Shown here piece by piece: positions 1-9,825 of a stretch of 49,618 nucleotides of DNA; the stretch's first letter is position 1; each line of letters begins with the position of its first letter. Source of the stretch: a virus; the IMG/VR virus record IMGVR_UViG_3300045988_183527; one strand, 5' to 3'. Made by a program: the position numbers and the translations under genes. The notes beneath the pieces were generated by a model, which was not told the origin of the DNA, made no database searches, and worked only from the letters and a program-made list of their open reading frames with translations.

Positions 1-75
1 CTTTTTTGTTGACGCGGGCGTGGAAGACAATTATGCGACGCCGCAGAGTTTCACCACGGGACTTCAGCACCTCGA
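1..75 (+). repeat. Terminal direct repeat, copy 1 (circular-contig overlap)
   Basis: CTTTTTTGTTGACGCGGGCGTGGAAGACAATTATGCGACGCCGCAGAGTTTCACCACGGGACTTCAGCACCTCGA is found at both window ends. Confidence 0.95.
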
Positions 76-508
76 AGGCGAAACGGTGTCGATCCTTGCC
101 GACGGAAAGGTGATGCCGCCCACGGTGGTGAAAAACGGCCGCGTGGATTTCCCTGACAAAGCGACGCACGTCATCGTCGGGCTCCCGATCGAAGCCGATA
201 TCAAGACGCTTCCCGTGGCGCTGCAGACGCAGGACGGCGGGTACGCCCAGGGGTCGAACAAGAATGTGACGCGTGAGTACATCCGTGTCTACCGCTCCTC
301 GGGGATCAAAGTCGGGGCGACGTTCGAGAACCTTTATCTCGTGAAGCCGCGTACCTTTGAGCCCTACGGTTTGCCCCCGGCCTTAAAGAGCGAAGAGCTC
401 GAAGTCATGCTGGGGCCGAAGTGGACGGACTCAGGCGCCGTCTGTATCCGGCAAGACAATCCGCTTCCCCTCATGATCTGCGGACTGACGTCGGATATCG
501 CTCTCTGA
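2..508 (+). CDS. Tail nozzle / tubular protein B-like structural protein, C-terminal part (continues 47970..49618 across the junction)
   Basis: The frame opened at 47970 has no stop to the window end. Through the 75-bp overlap it continues in frame to TGA at 506..508. The joined CDS is 2082 nt (693 aa). Confidence 0.65.
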   Translation, partial: FFVDAGVEDNYATPQSFTTGLQHLEGETVSILADGKVMPPTVVKNGRVDFPDKATHVIVGLPIEADIKTLPVALQTQDGGYAQGSNKNVTREYIRVYRSSGIKVGATFENLYLVKPRTFEPYGLPPALKSEELEVMLGPKWTDSGAVCIRQDNPLPLMICGLTSDIAL

Positions 509-559
509 CGATTGACCTCCGACGCGTGGGTAAGAATCCCGCCATCGGAGGTTTTTCTT

Positions 560-1207
560 ATGGCCTACACCTATCACACCCAATACGGGGTGGACTACTA
601 CAAGCTGCTTCGGAACGGGCGGGTACCGATCTACGAGCAGAAAATTAACGCCGCGGGGCCGGATCGCCAGGCCACGGGCGAAACCGAACTGACGGCCTCG
701 GGCTGGGCGGGCGCTGCCGGTGTCGGGATGGAAATCGGCAAGGGCATCGGCGAAGCCATCGGCGGCTACATCACCGCCCGTGCGCAAGCCCATGCGCTTC
801 GCGCTCAGGCCGCCGTGACGGAAGACAACGCTTACGCCGCACAATTTGGCGTGGAGCAGGCGTTCCGTGCGGGGGAAGCCCAGTTGGCTCAGATCGGCTA
901 CAAGCAAGCGCAGACGAAGGCGGCGCAGCGCGTGGCCTACGCGGCCAACGGTATCGCTATCGGCGTCGGCTCCTCGGCGGAAGTTATGGCTTCCACGGAT
1001 ATCCAAGCGGAGGCGGACAAAATCACTGCGCGGCAAAACGCCCTCGCGCAGGCCTGGGGCTACCGCCGTCAGCGCATCATGGGCTTTGCGCAGGCCAAAG
1101 GGAATCGCATTATGGCGAACGCGACGCCGCGGGCAGGACGCGCGACGATGGTGGCGGGCTTGGCCTCGACGGCTTTGTCCGCTTGGGCAGGATTTGCAGG
1201 AGCTTAA
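560..1207 (+). CDS. Internal virion / ejection protein (small, Ala/Gln-rich)
   Basis: ATG at 560 lies 8 nt after a GGAGG. The protein is A/Q/G-rich (MAYTYHTQYG...AQAHALRAQAAV...). Its position directly after the nozzle gene matches the first internal core protein of T7-like gene order. Confidence 0.55.
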   Translation: MAYTYHTQYGVDYYKLLRNGRVPIYEQKINAAGPDRQATGETELTASGWAGAAGVGMEIGKGIGEAIGGYITARAQAHALRAQAAVTEDNAYAAQFGVEQAFRAGEAQLAQIGYKQAQTKAAQRVAYAANGIAIGVGSSAEVMASTDIQAEADKITARQNALAQAWGYRRQRIMGFAQAKGNRIMANATPRAGRATMVAGLASTALSAWAGFAGA

Positions 1208-1210
1208 GGT

Positions 1211-3694
1211 ATGGCAATTGTTCCGGAATACGGCGGCCCGCAGGTGTCGCCCACCGTCGGCGCCGGTACGCAGGGCGCTCAGTTTCAGGCGATGGCCGCT
1301 CCGAAGGCGAACGTCCTCGCGCCGATGGAAAAGGCGATGGACAAAATCGGTCGCATGCAGGCGCAGCTCCTTGAGGAGCAGGACGACGCCATCGCGACGG
1401 ATATCGACACGAAGTACGCCCAATATTGCCAGCAGCTTTTGAACGATCCGAAGACGGGGTTCATGGCTCGTAAGGGGATCAATGCGCTGCAGCCCGATAA
1501 GGACGGCGTGTCGCCCGTAGATGCGATGATGCAGAAGGCGGACGTGTATCTGCAGGAGCTGATGGACGGCCGCACGAAGAACCAGATTGCGCGCGTGAAG
1601 GCGAAGACGGACTCTCGCACGACCGGGCTTTATGCTTCGGGGATGCAGCACGCAATGGCGGAGAACATCAGCTACAACGTTTCCGTTTACCGCGCCAATC
1701 TGCAGTCGGAGCAAGACGCCGGATTGGCGGACTTCAATCAGCCGGAGAAGTTGGCGGAGCACGTGGCGCGTGTGAAGCGCAGTGCCGGTATCCTCTCGAA
1801 GTACACGGGGGAAGACAGCCGCGCCAAGACGCGCGAAGCCGTGGCCGGGGTGTATAAAAATGCCGCCCTGGGCTTTCTCTTCGGCGCGAACAACGACCCG
1901 TCGCTTTACGGGCAGGGCTTGGCCTTTGTGCAGAAGAATGCCAAAAGCATGTTGCCGCAGGACGTCTTTGCGCTGAGTACGCAGTTCAACACGGGGATGA
2001 AGAACTATGAGGCGGTGATTTCCGCACGGGAAGGCATCGCCGCGCTGACGCCGCCGGATGCTCCGACGGATCAAGTGATGGCGGCGATCCGCGGTAACGG
2101 CGCCGGTGCGAAGCCCTTGGCGGGGAGCGAGCATTACGTTATGTCCCAGGGCATTCGCGGTAATCAGCTCGAAGACAAGAACGGCGTCGTATCGATCGTT
2201 GAGACGAAAAAAGGCGGAGAGACGGCCTACGGCTCCGACGGCGTGACGCGCTCTATGGCCGAGGCCGTGGCCGGGAAGAAGCTCACGGACGAGGAATGGA
2301 GAGCGATCTACACCAACAAGGATGAAAGCCAGCGTGTGGGGCTTTCCTATCTCGGCGTGCTGGGAACGAAGTATGGTGAGACGGAAAAGGCCGTAGCGGC
2401 GTACGTCGGAACGCAAAAGGAAGTGGACGACGCCGTGGCGAAGGCGAAGAAGGAAGGCGGTGTTTGGACGCAATACCTTTCGAAGGAAACCGCGGAAGCC
2501 GCGGCGACCGCTTTACGCCGCCTGGACGGGGCGTTTGATACCCCGGTGAAGGGGGCGGACGGCTCGGCGTTGTCGTTCCTTGACAACCGCTACGCGGCCC
2601 GCGCCTATCAGGGTGTCTCTGAAGAAGCCATGCGCGCTTACGCCCGCCAGCACCCGATGTCGATCGACCCGGATTTTGAGGATCGGATGGTGGCCTATAT
2701 GAAGCGCTACGAGTCCGAGCGCATGAACGCTTACACGACGGAACACCAGAACGCCGTCAATACGGCGTGCAGCGAGTACGAACAAAACGGGCAAATATCG
2801 GCGCAGACGCTCATGCGGCTTACGACGAAGGAACGGGGGGCGGTGCGAAAGTACTGCCAGGAATTAGACGCGGGCGGCTTTACCACGAGCACTCATTACG
2901 CCGCGTACCTGGATACCCACCTTGACGAGTTGGGGAATTTCACCAAAGACGAACTTGACAACGCAATGCGCCTGGTGCCCAAGGCCTCCCAACGCCGTTT
3001 CCGCAAGGAGTGGGAACGCCGACACGGGCAGACGCAGGAACAGCTCGAAGCGCGCTATGCCGCCCAAAACGGCATGGTGACGATGGGAAAGACGGGTGTG
3101 CACGTTGGCATGACGATGAAAGCGTTGGGCGATCTTCTCCCGGGGTTCAAAAAGCTCGATACCGATCAGAAGGCAACGATCGCCGAAGGCATCATGAACC
3201 TCGCGGGTTTGACGGCGGCGATTGAAGGCGTGGACTTGAAGGATGCCAACAAGGCGCAGCAGTTCGTTACAGATTTGGTGAAGGACAACGTGTATACCGC
3301 TGGCCACTGGTACGACTGGCTCCCGTGGATTACCAAGGATCGAAAGTCGATTTTCGAATTTAAGTACGGTGATCTCGGTTCCGAGCAAAAGTGGATCGCC
3401 GACGAATTGGCGAAACTCTCGGGGAATGGTCGAAAGATGACGCCGGGGCAACGCATGGGGAATTTGGTGAACTTCATGCTTCTGAAGAACGTGAACATCC
3501 CCGTGGGCTCCATCGCGCAACAACCGCGCGTCCGCAACAAGGTTTACCAGCTGGTCGATCAGGATATGCAGCGTGATCCGAAATACGCGGGCATGAGCCC
3601 GGCACAACGTCGGGCTTTGATTGAGCCTGCTATGAAGAATGACACGGAGGTGGTGCGCCAATATTTGACGCACCTCTTTACGGAGGGCGAATAA
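1211..3694 (+). CDS. Internal virion protein (827 aa), possibly with a divergent lytic-transglycosylase-like segment
   Basis: GGAG lies 8 nt upstream. The stop overlaps the next start (TAATG). The stretch GSDGVTRSMAEAV...ESQRVGLSYLGVLGTKYGETEKAVAAYVGT resembles the GxxQ...YL...AAYNAG part of SLT domains. This is a by-eye similarity only. Confidence 0.5.
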   Translation: MAIVPEYGGPQVSPTVGAGTQGAQFQAMAAPKANVLAPMEKAMDKIGRMQAQLLEEQDDAIATDIDTKYAQYCQQLLNDPKTGFMARKGINALQPDKDGVSPVDAMMQKADVYLQELMDGRTKNQIARVKAKTDSRTTGLYASGMQHAMAENISYNVSVYRANLQSEQDAGLADFNQPEKLAEHVARVKRSAGILSKYTGEDSRAKTREAVAGVYKNAALGFLFGANNDPSLYGQGLAFVQKNAKSMLPQDVFALSTQFNTGMKNYEAVISAREGIAALTPPDAPTDQVMAAIRGNGAGAKPLAGSEHYVMSQGIRGNQLEDKNGVVSIVETKKGGETAYGSDGVTRSMAEAVAGKKLTDEEWRAIYTNKDESQRVGLSYLGVLGTKYGETEKAVAAYVGTQKEVDDAVAKAKKEGGVWTQYLSKETAEAAATALRRLDGAFDTPVKGADGSALSFLDNRYAARAYQGVSEEAMRAYARQHPMSIDPDFEDRMVAYMKRYESERMNAYTTEHQNAVNTACSEYEQNGQISAQTLMRLTTKERGAVRKYCQELDAGGFTTSTHYAAYLDTHLDELGNFTKDELDNAMRLVPKASQRRFRKEWERRHGQTQEQLEARYAAQNGMVTMGKTGVHVGMTMKALGDLLPGFKKLDTDQKATIAEGIMNLAGLTAAIEGVDLKDANKAQQFVTDLVKDNVYTAGHWYDWLPWITKDRKSIFEFKYGDLGSEQKWIADELAKLSGNGRKMTPGQRMGNLVNFMLLKNVNIPVGSIAQQPRVRNKVYQLVDQDMQRDPKYAGMSPAQRRALIEPAMKNDTEVVRQYLTHLFTEGE

Positions 3695-6600
3695 TGGGGC
3701 TTCTTGAAGAAATGCAGCGGGCGTCGGGGGCGTTGCCCGACGTGACGGTGAAGACGGATATCGAACCTGAGGCGGCGTCTCAGTCCTACAAGGCCGCGGC
3801 GGCCTACGGGGCGGACGTGAACGAAGTGGACGAGGATATGCGGCGGCGCTATAAGGAAGCGTCCATATTTGCCGATACGGAAGACGTCTTCCAAGACAGC
3901 ATGCAGAGCCCCGTATTCCGCGCGGCGGTAAAGGGTGACGAGAAATCCGCTTCCACCCTGGGGCGTATCGTCCAAGCCACGGCCGGAGAAGTGGACGTGG
4001 ATGAGGACGGGTACGTTTCGACGATCCGGAAGTCCGCCGCTCGCGGGGAGATCGGCCTCTCGCAAATGGGTGATATATCGAAACTCCTCGCCAAGCGCCA
4101 GGAAGTGAAGCGCCTTGATCGGCTCCTTTCTCTCGGCCTCGGTAAGGATGAAGATGCTCGCGCGTACAAGGCGGCGACGTCGGAGATCAAGGCACTCGCG
4201 AAGGATATCGTCCTGCAGGACGCGATGAGGAAAGTCCTCTCCGCCGGTACCCCCACAGCCAAGATGGCCGAAGCCTACGAGAAAGACGGCATGAGCGGGG
4301 CGATAAAGTCCATGGCCGACTCCGGGTTTTGGAAGACGGTGGCCGACGTCGGGGTTGAGTCCGGCGTGGAATTCGGGGCGGCAGCCCCCTTGATTGCCGT
4401 CGCGGGGAAAGTCCCGGTGTTGGGTAATGTCGTGAGCGGTGTCGCGAGCGGTTACCAGGACTTTACGCTGGGGCTTCTTGAGCGCATGGCGGAGCGCGGC
4501 GTGGACACGAGCAACGCCGATGAGGTGGCGAAGTTTGCCATCCAAAGCCCGGACTTTGACGACGCCGTGGCCGACAGTCTGAAGCACGCCGTGGGTGTGG
4601 GGCTTTTCGACGGCTTGAGCTTCGGCTTGGCGACGAAGGTAGTTCCGAAGTCCCTCGGCTCAAGCGTCGCTGTGAAACTCCCGAAGACGGCGCAGCTTTA
4701 CGAGAACATCAACCGCAACGCCTTCGGCCACGCTTTCACCAACCTTGCCGCGCAGACGGTGGGACAGGGTGCGATGGGCGCGGCGGGTGAAGCCACGGGG
4801 CAGCTGATTGAAAAGGGCGAAGTTACCGACCCCCTGAGTGTGATGCTCGAAGCCGTGGGCGAATTTACCGGCGCGCCGCTCGAAGTTGCCACAGCGGCCG
4901 TGGGCGCCCGGTCTCGTGCTCGTTTCGCCGCCGCCAAAGCGCAGCGCGTACAGGATCAGCTCCGTGCGGCCGCGCAGGTTATTCAGTCCTCGCCCTCCAT
5001 GCAGAAGACGCCGGAACTGCGGGATGCCATGATGCAGCACTTGGCGGAACGCTACGAGGGCGCGGAATCGATTACGGTAGACGTCGCGACGTTGCACCAG
5101 GCGGATAACGGCCAAGAAGTTATTGCCGCGATTGAAAAGGCACTCCCTCACCGTCAGGCGGAGATTGACGAAGCCGTGGCGTCCGGCGGCCCGGTGGATT
5201 TACCTCTGCAGGAATACGGTAAGGTGATTGCCGATCAGCAACTTTCCAATGCCGTCATCGACAATTCGAGCCTCCCGGGGGATGACTTGGCGGTGGAGGC
5301 GAAGGATGCGGAAAGTTCTGTCATCGCCGCAAAGAAGTTCTCGCTTGACAAGTTGTCCGAAGGGCAGACAGACGACTTCAAGGCTTCCATGCGCGAAGTT
5401 GAGACTAGCATCGGAGCCATGCTTGATACGGGAGAAGACGGCCGCAAGACGGAGAACGCCGCCGTCGCCAGCATCATCTTGGCGCAGGTGTCCGCCATGG
5501 CGCAGGATACCGGTATGACGCCGATGGAGGTTTGGCAAGCGCATGGCATCAAGGCCGTCTTGAGCGAAGCCGACGTGAAGCGCAACGAGGACGGGACACT
5601 GACGGCGGTGTCGGAGAAGGCGAAGAAAGTTCTCGCTGAAGGCCGTAGCCTTGACGAAGCCCTGACGCAACCCACGAAGGGCGAGTTCATCCCCTCGAAG
5701 AACGTCATCATCCGTTGGGCGAACGCCGACCGATCCACGCTCCTCCACGAGGCGGGCCACTGGTTCTGGCAGACGCGCATGGAATTGGCGGTCGATCTTA
5801 AGGGCCGCCCGGGATTGACGCCGGAGCAACAAAGATTCGTCCGCAGCACCGAGGACGTCGCCAAGTGGTTGGGCGCAAAGGACGTGGAGCACTACGCCGC
5901 GATGTCTCTCGAACAACGCCGGGCGGCCGAAGAGAAGTTTGCACGCTCCTACGAGCAGTACGTGAAGGAGGGCGTTGCGCCGACGTCGGCTCTGCGCGGG
6001 GCGTTCCAAAAATTCAGCGCATGGCTTAAGCGCATTTACGGCGCGTTGACGGCTGTAAAGGGCTCGGAATTGACACCCGACGTCCGCGAGATGTTCGACG
6101 CGATTATGGTGAGTTCGCAGCAGGTGAAAGAAGCGCAGCTCCGGCGGCACCTTTTTGTTTGGCTCGATCAGGCGGCGCGCAATGAGAACGGCGATCTTAC
6201 GAGCGAGGAGGATCGCCGGGCGTTGAACGTTCTGATGGCCGATCAGGATTACGACGCCGCTGAGGAATTCTTAAAGCGCGGTAAAGCCGTGGTGGGGTAC
6301 CTCGACCGCCTGCGTAAGCGGGTGTATGCCGATATTGAAGCCAAGGCGAAGGAAATCCGCGCGCAGTTCACTGCCGAAGCCATCGCACGTGTCTACGGCG
6401 AAAAGCGCCTGCAGGCGATGGAGAAAATCGACAAGGGCATTAAGGTGCGGGATGCGAAGGGGCGCGAGATGAGCATTCGTCCGCAGATTCCGCTGAAGGA
6501 ACTCGAAGCCGCCGGGGCCACCAAAGAAGAGATCGAAGAACTGCGGCGCCAAAAGTTGGTTACGAATTCCGAAGGGCTCCACGCCGTGCCCGGCGATTAC

Positions 6601-9489
6601 TTAGCCGAGTACCTGGGGTATTCGAGCCTGCAGGAATTTATCGCCGAATTCGGTACCGATCCGTTCCACGGGCAAGAACCCGTGCAGGCGGTAGCGGCTG
6701 AAGTGGAAGCGCGGATGCTGGATGAGCACCCGGAACTCTCCGACAAGGAAACAATTGAAGACGCCGCCGATGCCGCGGTGTTTAATCCGTCGGCGTCCCG
6801 CCTTGTGTTGCTGAAGCTTAATCTCCTCGATCGATCGATCCGCAAGCCCCTGTCGATGGATTTGGTGGAAGCCGTGGCGGAAGCCAAAATCCGCGATAAG
6901 AAAATTGGTGATCTCGATCCGAAGGCCTACCGCAGTTCTGCGGCGAAGTTGGCGAAGCAGGCGTTGAAGGAATCCGACGCGTTCCGTGCGTCCGAATTGC
7001 GTCGCCAGCAGCTCGTGCAAATGAAGACGGCGGAGAAGGCACAGGCGGCGAAGGATCGGGCGGAGCGTTTCGTGAAGACGATGCAGAAGCGCTTTGACGG
7101 CAAGATCGAAACGAATTCGATGCAGCTCGAGTATCTGAAGCAGATCAAAGCCATCCTGAAGAACCTCGGCATTCTCAACCCTGCGGATAATCCTTCTATG
7201 GATGAGAAGGATTGGAGGGCGTTTTTCTCAGACGAAAGTCAATACGTCGGCGTTCCGTCTATGCCTGCGTCCGTCGCCGGGGGCACGTTCTTCGACCGCA
7301 TGACGGTGGAGGAAATGGCACAGACGATCGAATTCTTGGACGATCTGATGGCCGCCGCCCGCGAACGAAATTCCGTCATCGTTAGCGGCAAAAAAGTGGC
7401 GATGGCGGATTTGGATGCCCGCGCCGTTGCGGCGATTGAAGCGCACGCGCAGAAGATGGGGCGTAAGCCTGTGCGCCAAAACGAAGAGCGCGGCTTTGGG
7501 CTGATGGCGGGGCACGCACTCCGTCGGTTCTTCTTTGAGCACATGCGAATCCAAACCCTGTGGTCGATTTTCGAGGGCGAACAACTCGGCAATCTCGGCG
7601 AAGCCTTCGGCCTTCGGATGAATAAAGCCCGCGACAGCGAAACGGAACTCCGCAATCAGTACTCCACCGCCATGTACAAGGCTATGGCGCCTTTACGTCA
7701 GGCGGTGAAAGATACGAAAAAGTTCTTCATCAAGGAACTTGGCGGGACGTTCGACAAGAACCAGCTCATCGCCATGGCGCTTAACGTCGGCAACGACGAG
7801 AACTTCGAGCGGCTCCTTGCGGGCTCCCCAAAGTACACGGACTTCCGCAGCAGCGATGCTGAGTGGACGCGCGACGACGTGCTGAGCGCTATCGGGCGGC
7901 ACCTCTCGAAGGCGGAGCTCGAAGCGGTGCAAAAGGTTTGGGATACCGTCGGCTCCCTGGGGAAGGACGTGCAGGCGTTGGATGAGCGCACCCGCAACCG
8001 CTGGACGGCGCTCGTTGACGCCAAGGAGGTGACGTTCACTACAGCGGACGGCGAGACGGTAACGCTGAAGGGCGGCTACTACCCGATCCAATACGACCGC
8101 TACGCCAGCCTCTTCCGCGGCAAGGCTGACGCGTACGAGAACGGCGTGGATTCCATCATGGCCCACGGGCGCCGCAATTCTGACACCGGCCACAGCAAAG
8201 CGCGCAAGGGCATCAACGGTAATCCCATCGCGCTCACGCTGGACGCAGGTTTTACGGCGCTTACCGACGTCATCCACGATCTCACGTGGCGTGAGCTCCT
8301 GATGGATATGAACAAGCTCTTCAACTCTGAGTCGGGCGTGGTGGAGACGATCAAGAAGTACTACGGCGCTGAGGCCGTCAATTCCATCAAGGATTGGATG
8401 GAAGACGTCGCGACGAACGGCAAGTCCATTCCTTCGATTTGGTGGGTTGACTTCATGCGGCGGAACGTTTCTATCGCCGGGTTGGGGCTCAATATTCAGA
8501 CGGCGGCGCTGCAACCCATCGGGCTTACGCAGTCCTTCGCCGTCGTCGGAGTTCCCGCGGTACTGAAAGGCTTCGGGCAGTTTTGGCTTAACCCTGTGCG
8601 CGCCAACCGTGATGTGCTTGCGAAGTCCGCCCTGATGCGGGATCGTATGCGCACGCGCTTTAAGGAATTAGCGGAAGCGCAGAAGGAAATCGCGCAGACG
8701 AACGGCGTGGTTCGAGGGCAGAACGCCATTGCTCGTGTAGCTTTCGCGCCGATCGTCTTCGCCCAAATGCAGTGCGTGGATATCCCCACGTGGCTCGGCT
8801 CTTATCAAAAGCACTTGAACGAGGGTACCGCCAAGGGGCTGAGCGGGGAAGAGTTGGAGGACTTCGCCGTAGCCCGCGCGGATGACGACGTTGTACGTTC
8901 CCAGGGCTCCGGCGCTTTGTCGGACTTGGCGAAGGTGGAGCGAAAGAAGAATATTTGGAACATCTTCTACAGCTTCTTCGGTACGGCATTGAACGCCGGA
9001 ACGCTCGTCTATAACACGCAGGACGGATGGCGCAAGTGGATGGCCTTCGCATCGATTTATGCCGTTCAACCGGTGATCGAATCCTTCCTGCGCGCCGGTA
9101 TCCAAGGTGCGACGGGGGATGACGACGACTATTGGGATCGGGTCTCCGGACGCGTTTTAGGCGATCTCGCCGGTATGTGGTGTGGCCTCTTTATGGTTTC
9201 CCGCGAAGTGGGGACGATCCTCAGCAATCGTATCGGCGACAATAACTACGGCTACAGCGGCCCCGCGGGCATTCGCACGTTGGTCGATGCCGACAAACTC
9301 GTTGCCCAGGTGTTGCAGGGTGAGAACGATGTTGCGTTGGCGAAGTCGATTAACTCGTTCGTTCTTGGCGATATCTTCGGGTTGCCGTCTACGGCGTTTA
9401 ACCGTTTGGCCGAAACAGCTTACGCGGTGAACGACGGTGAAGACGTCAACGCGCTGATGAGCGTGCTCTTTGGGTACAAGAAGAATTAG
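3694..9489 (+). CDS. Giant (1931 aa) polyvalent virion/ejection protein with HExxH zincin motif
   Basis: The frame is uninterrupted. LLHEAGHWFWQ (HEAGH at 5746..5760) is followed by EEKFARSYEQYVKEGVAPTSALRGAFQKFSAWLKRIY. The C-terminal third contains hydrophobic segments. The gene occupies the slot of the largest internal core protein of podoviruses. Confidence 0.7.
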   Translation: MGLLEEMQRASGALPDVTVKTDIEPEAASQSYKAAAAYGADVNEVDEDMRRRYKEASIFADTEDVFQDSMQSPVFRAAVKGDEKSASTLGRIVQATAGEVDVDEDGYVSTIRKSAARGEIGLSQMGDISKLLAKRQEVKRLDRLLSLGLGKDEDARAYKAATSEIKALAKDIVLQDAMRKVLSAGTPTAKMAEAYEKDGMSGAIKSMADSGFWKTVADVGVESGVEFGAAAPLIAVAGKVPVLGNVVSGVASGYQDFTLGLLERMAERGVDTSNADEVAKFAIQSPDFDDAVADSLKHAVGVGLFDGLSFGLATKVVPKSLGSSVAVKLPKTAQLYENINRNAFGHAFTNLAAQTVGQGAMGAAGEATGQLIEKGEVTDPLSVMLEAVGEFTGAPLEVATAAVGARSRARFAAAKAQRVQDQLRAAAQVIQSSPSMQKTPELRDAMMQHLAERYEGAESITVDVATLHQADNGQEVIAAIEKALPHRQAEIDEAVASGGPVDLPLQEYGKVIADQQLSNAVIDNSSLPGDDLAVEAKDAESSVIAAKKFSLDKLSEGQTDDFKASMREVETSIGAMLDTGEDGRKTENAAVASIILAQVSAMAQDTGMTPMEVWQAHGIKAVLSEADVKRNEDGTLTAVSEKAKKVLAEGRSLDEALTQPTKGEFIPSKNVIIRWANADRSTLLHEAGHWFWQTRMELAVDLKGRPGLTPEQQRFVRSTEDVAKWLGAKDVEHYAAMSLEQRRAAEEKFARSYEQYVKEGVAPTSALRGAFQKFSAWLKRIYGALTAVKGSELTPDVREMFDAIMVSSQQVKEAQLRRHLFVWLDQAARNENGDLTSEEDRRALNVLMADQDYDAAEEFLKRGKAVVGYLDRLRKRVYADIEAKAKEIRAQFTAEAIARVYGEKRLQAMEKIDKGIKVRDAKGREMSIRPQIPLKELEAAGATKEEIEELRRQKLVTNSEGLHAVPGDYLAEYLGYSSLQEFIAEFGTDPFHGQEPVQAVAAEVEARMLDEHPELSDKETIEDAADAAVFNPSASRLVLLKLNLLDRSIRKPLSMDLVEAVAEAKIRDKKIGDLDPKAYRSSAAKLAKQALKESDAFRASELRRQQLVQMKTAEKAQAAKDRAERFVKTMQKRFDGKIETNSMQLEYLKQIKAILKNLGILNPADNPSMDEKDWRAFFSDESQYVGVPSMPASVAGGTFFDRMTVEEMAQTIEFLDDLMAAARERNSVIVSGKKVAMADLDARAVAAIEAHAQKMGRKPVRQNEERGFGLMAGHALRRFFFEHMRIQTLWSIFEGEQLGNLGEAFGLRMNKARDSETELRNQYSTAMYKAMAPLRQAVKDTKKFFIKELGGTFDKNQLIAMALNVGNDENFERLLAGSPKYTDFRSSDAEWTRDDVLSAIGRHLSKAELEAVQKVWDTVGSLGKDVQALDERTRNRWTALVDAKEVTFTTADGETVTLKGGYYPIQYDRYASLFRGKADAYENGVDSIMAHGRRNSDTGHSKARKGINGNPIALTLDAGFTALTDVIHDLTWRELLMDMNKLFNSESGVVETIKKYYGAEAVNSIKDWMEDVATNGKSIPSIWWVDFMRRNVSIAGLGLNIQTAALQPIGLTQSFAVVGVPAVLKGFGQFWLNPVRANRDVLAKSALMRDRMRTRFKELAEAQKEIAQTNGVVRGQNAIARVAFAPIVFAQMQCVDIPTWLGSYQKHLNEGTAKGLSGEELEDFAVARADDDVVRSQGSGALSDLAKVERKKNIWNIFYSFFGTALNAGTLVYNTQDGWRKWMAFASIYAVQPVIESFLRAGIQGATGDDDDYWDRVSGRVLGDLAGMWCGLFMVSREVGTILSNRIGDNNYGYSGPAGIRTLVDADKLVAQVLQGENDVALAKSINSFVLGDIFGLPSTAFNRLAETAYAVNDGEDVNALMSVLFGYKKN

Positions 9490-9752
9490 CCGTGGCTGAT
9501 AAGCCAGCAAAAGGTATTCCCGAGAAACAGTAGGAGCCCCACAGCGGCGATAAGGTAATTTACCTTTTCGCCGCCGGGGAACTTACCGATCAGCCCACCG
9601 ACGAGGGCGGCAGCGGAAAGAAAGAGCAGGGGTATGGCGATTGGTTGCGCGTAGATGGCATAGCCTAAACCGAAGACACCGACGGCGATCATCCCGTAGC
9701 CGAAGGCGTATGCGAGGGTGTACACGATGGCCGCCCATACTTTGCCCAGCAT
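9486..9752 (-). CDS. Small integral membrane protein (3 predicted TM), opposite-strand moron inside the structural operon
   Basis: 88 aa, almost entirely hydrophobic (VWAAIVYTLAYAFGYGMIAVGVFGLGYAIYAQPIAIPLLFLSAAALVGGLIG...). AGGGGA lies upstream of the ATG. The 3' end overlaps the stop of the giant gene by 4 nt. Confidence 0.6.
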   Translation of the reverse strand: MLGKVWAAIVYTLAYAFGYGMIAVGVFGLGYAIYAQPIAIPLLFLSAAALVGGLIGKFPGGEKVNYLIAAVGLLLFLGNTFCWLISHG

Positions 9753-9785
9753 TCTTTTCCCCTGACGAATGACAGAATCGGCGCG

Positions 9786-9820
9786 CCTCAGAATCCATCC
9801 TACCTAAAACGATTCTGAGG
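9786..9820 (+). promoter_or_regulatory. Perfect 10-bp inverted repeat (CCTCAGAATC N15 GATTCTGAGG) whose 3' arm contains the GAGG SD of the tail-fibre gene
   Basis: Read directly. The arms are 9786..9795 and 9811..9820. The ATG of the next CDS is at 9826. Confidence 0.4.
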
Positions 9821-9825
9821 CCGCC

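Noticed and set aside
431-2473. 680-aa minus-strand ORF antisense to the internal virion genes. Similar long antisense or alternative-frame ORFs occur at 3559..4587, 5200..6150, 27159..28808(+), 34752..36242, 39854..40969, 43141..44349 and 45765..47231.
   Set aside because: Their translations are Arg/Gly/His-rich low-complexity strings typical of shadow ORFs in GC-rich DNA. Each lies fully opposite a CDS with clear motifs, RBS and operon context.
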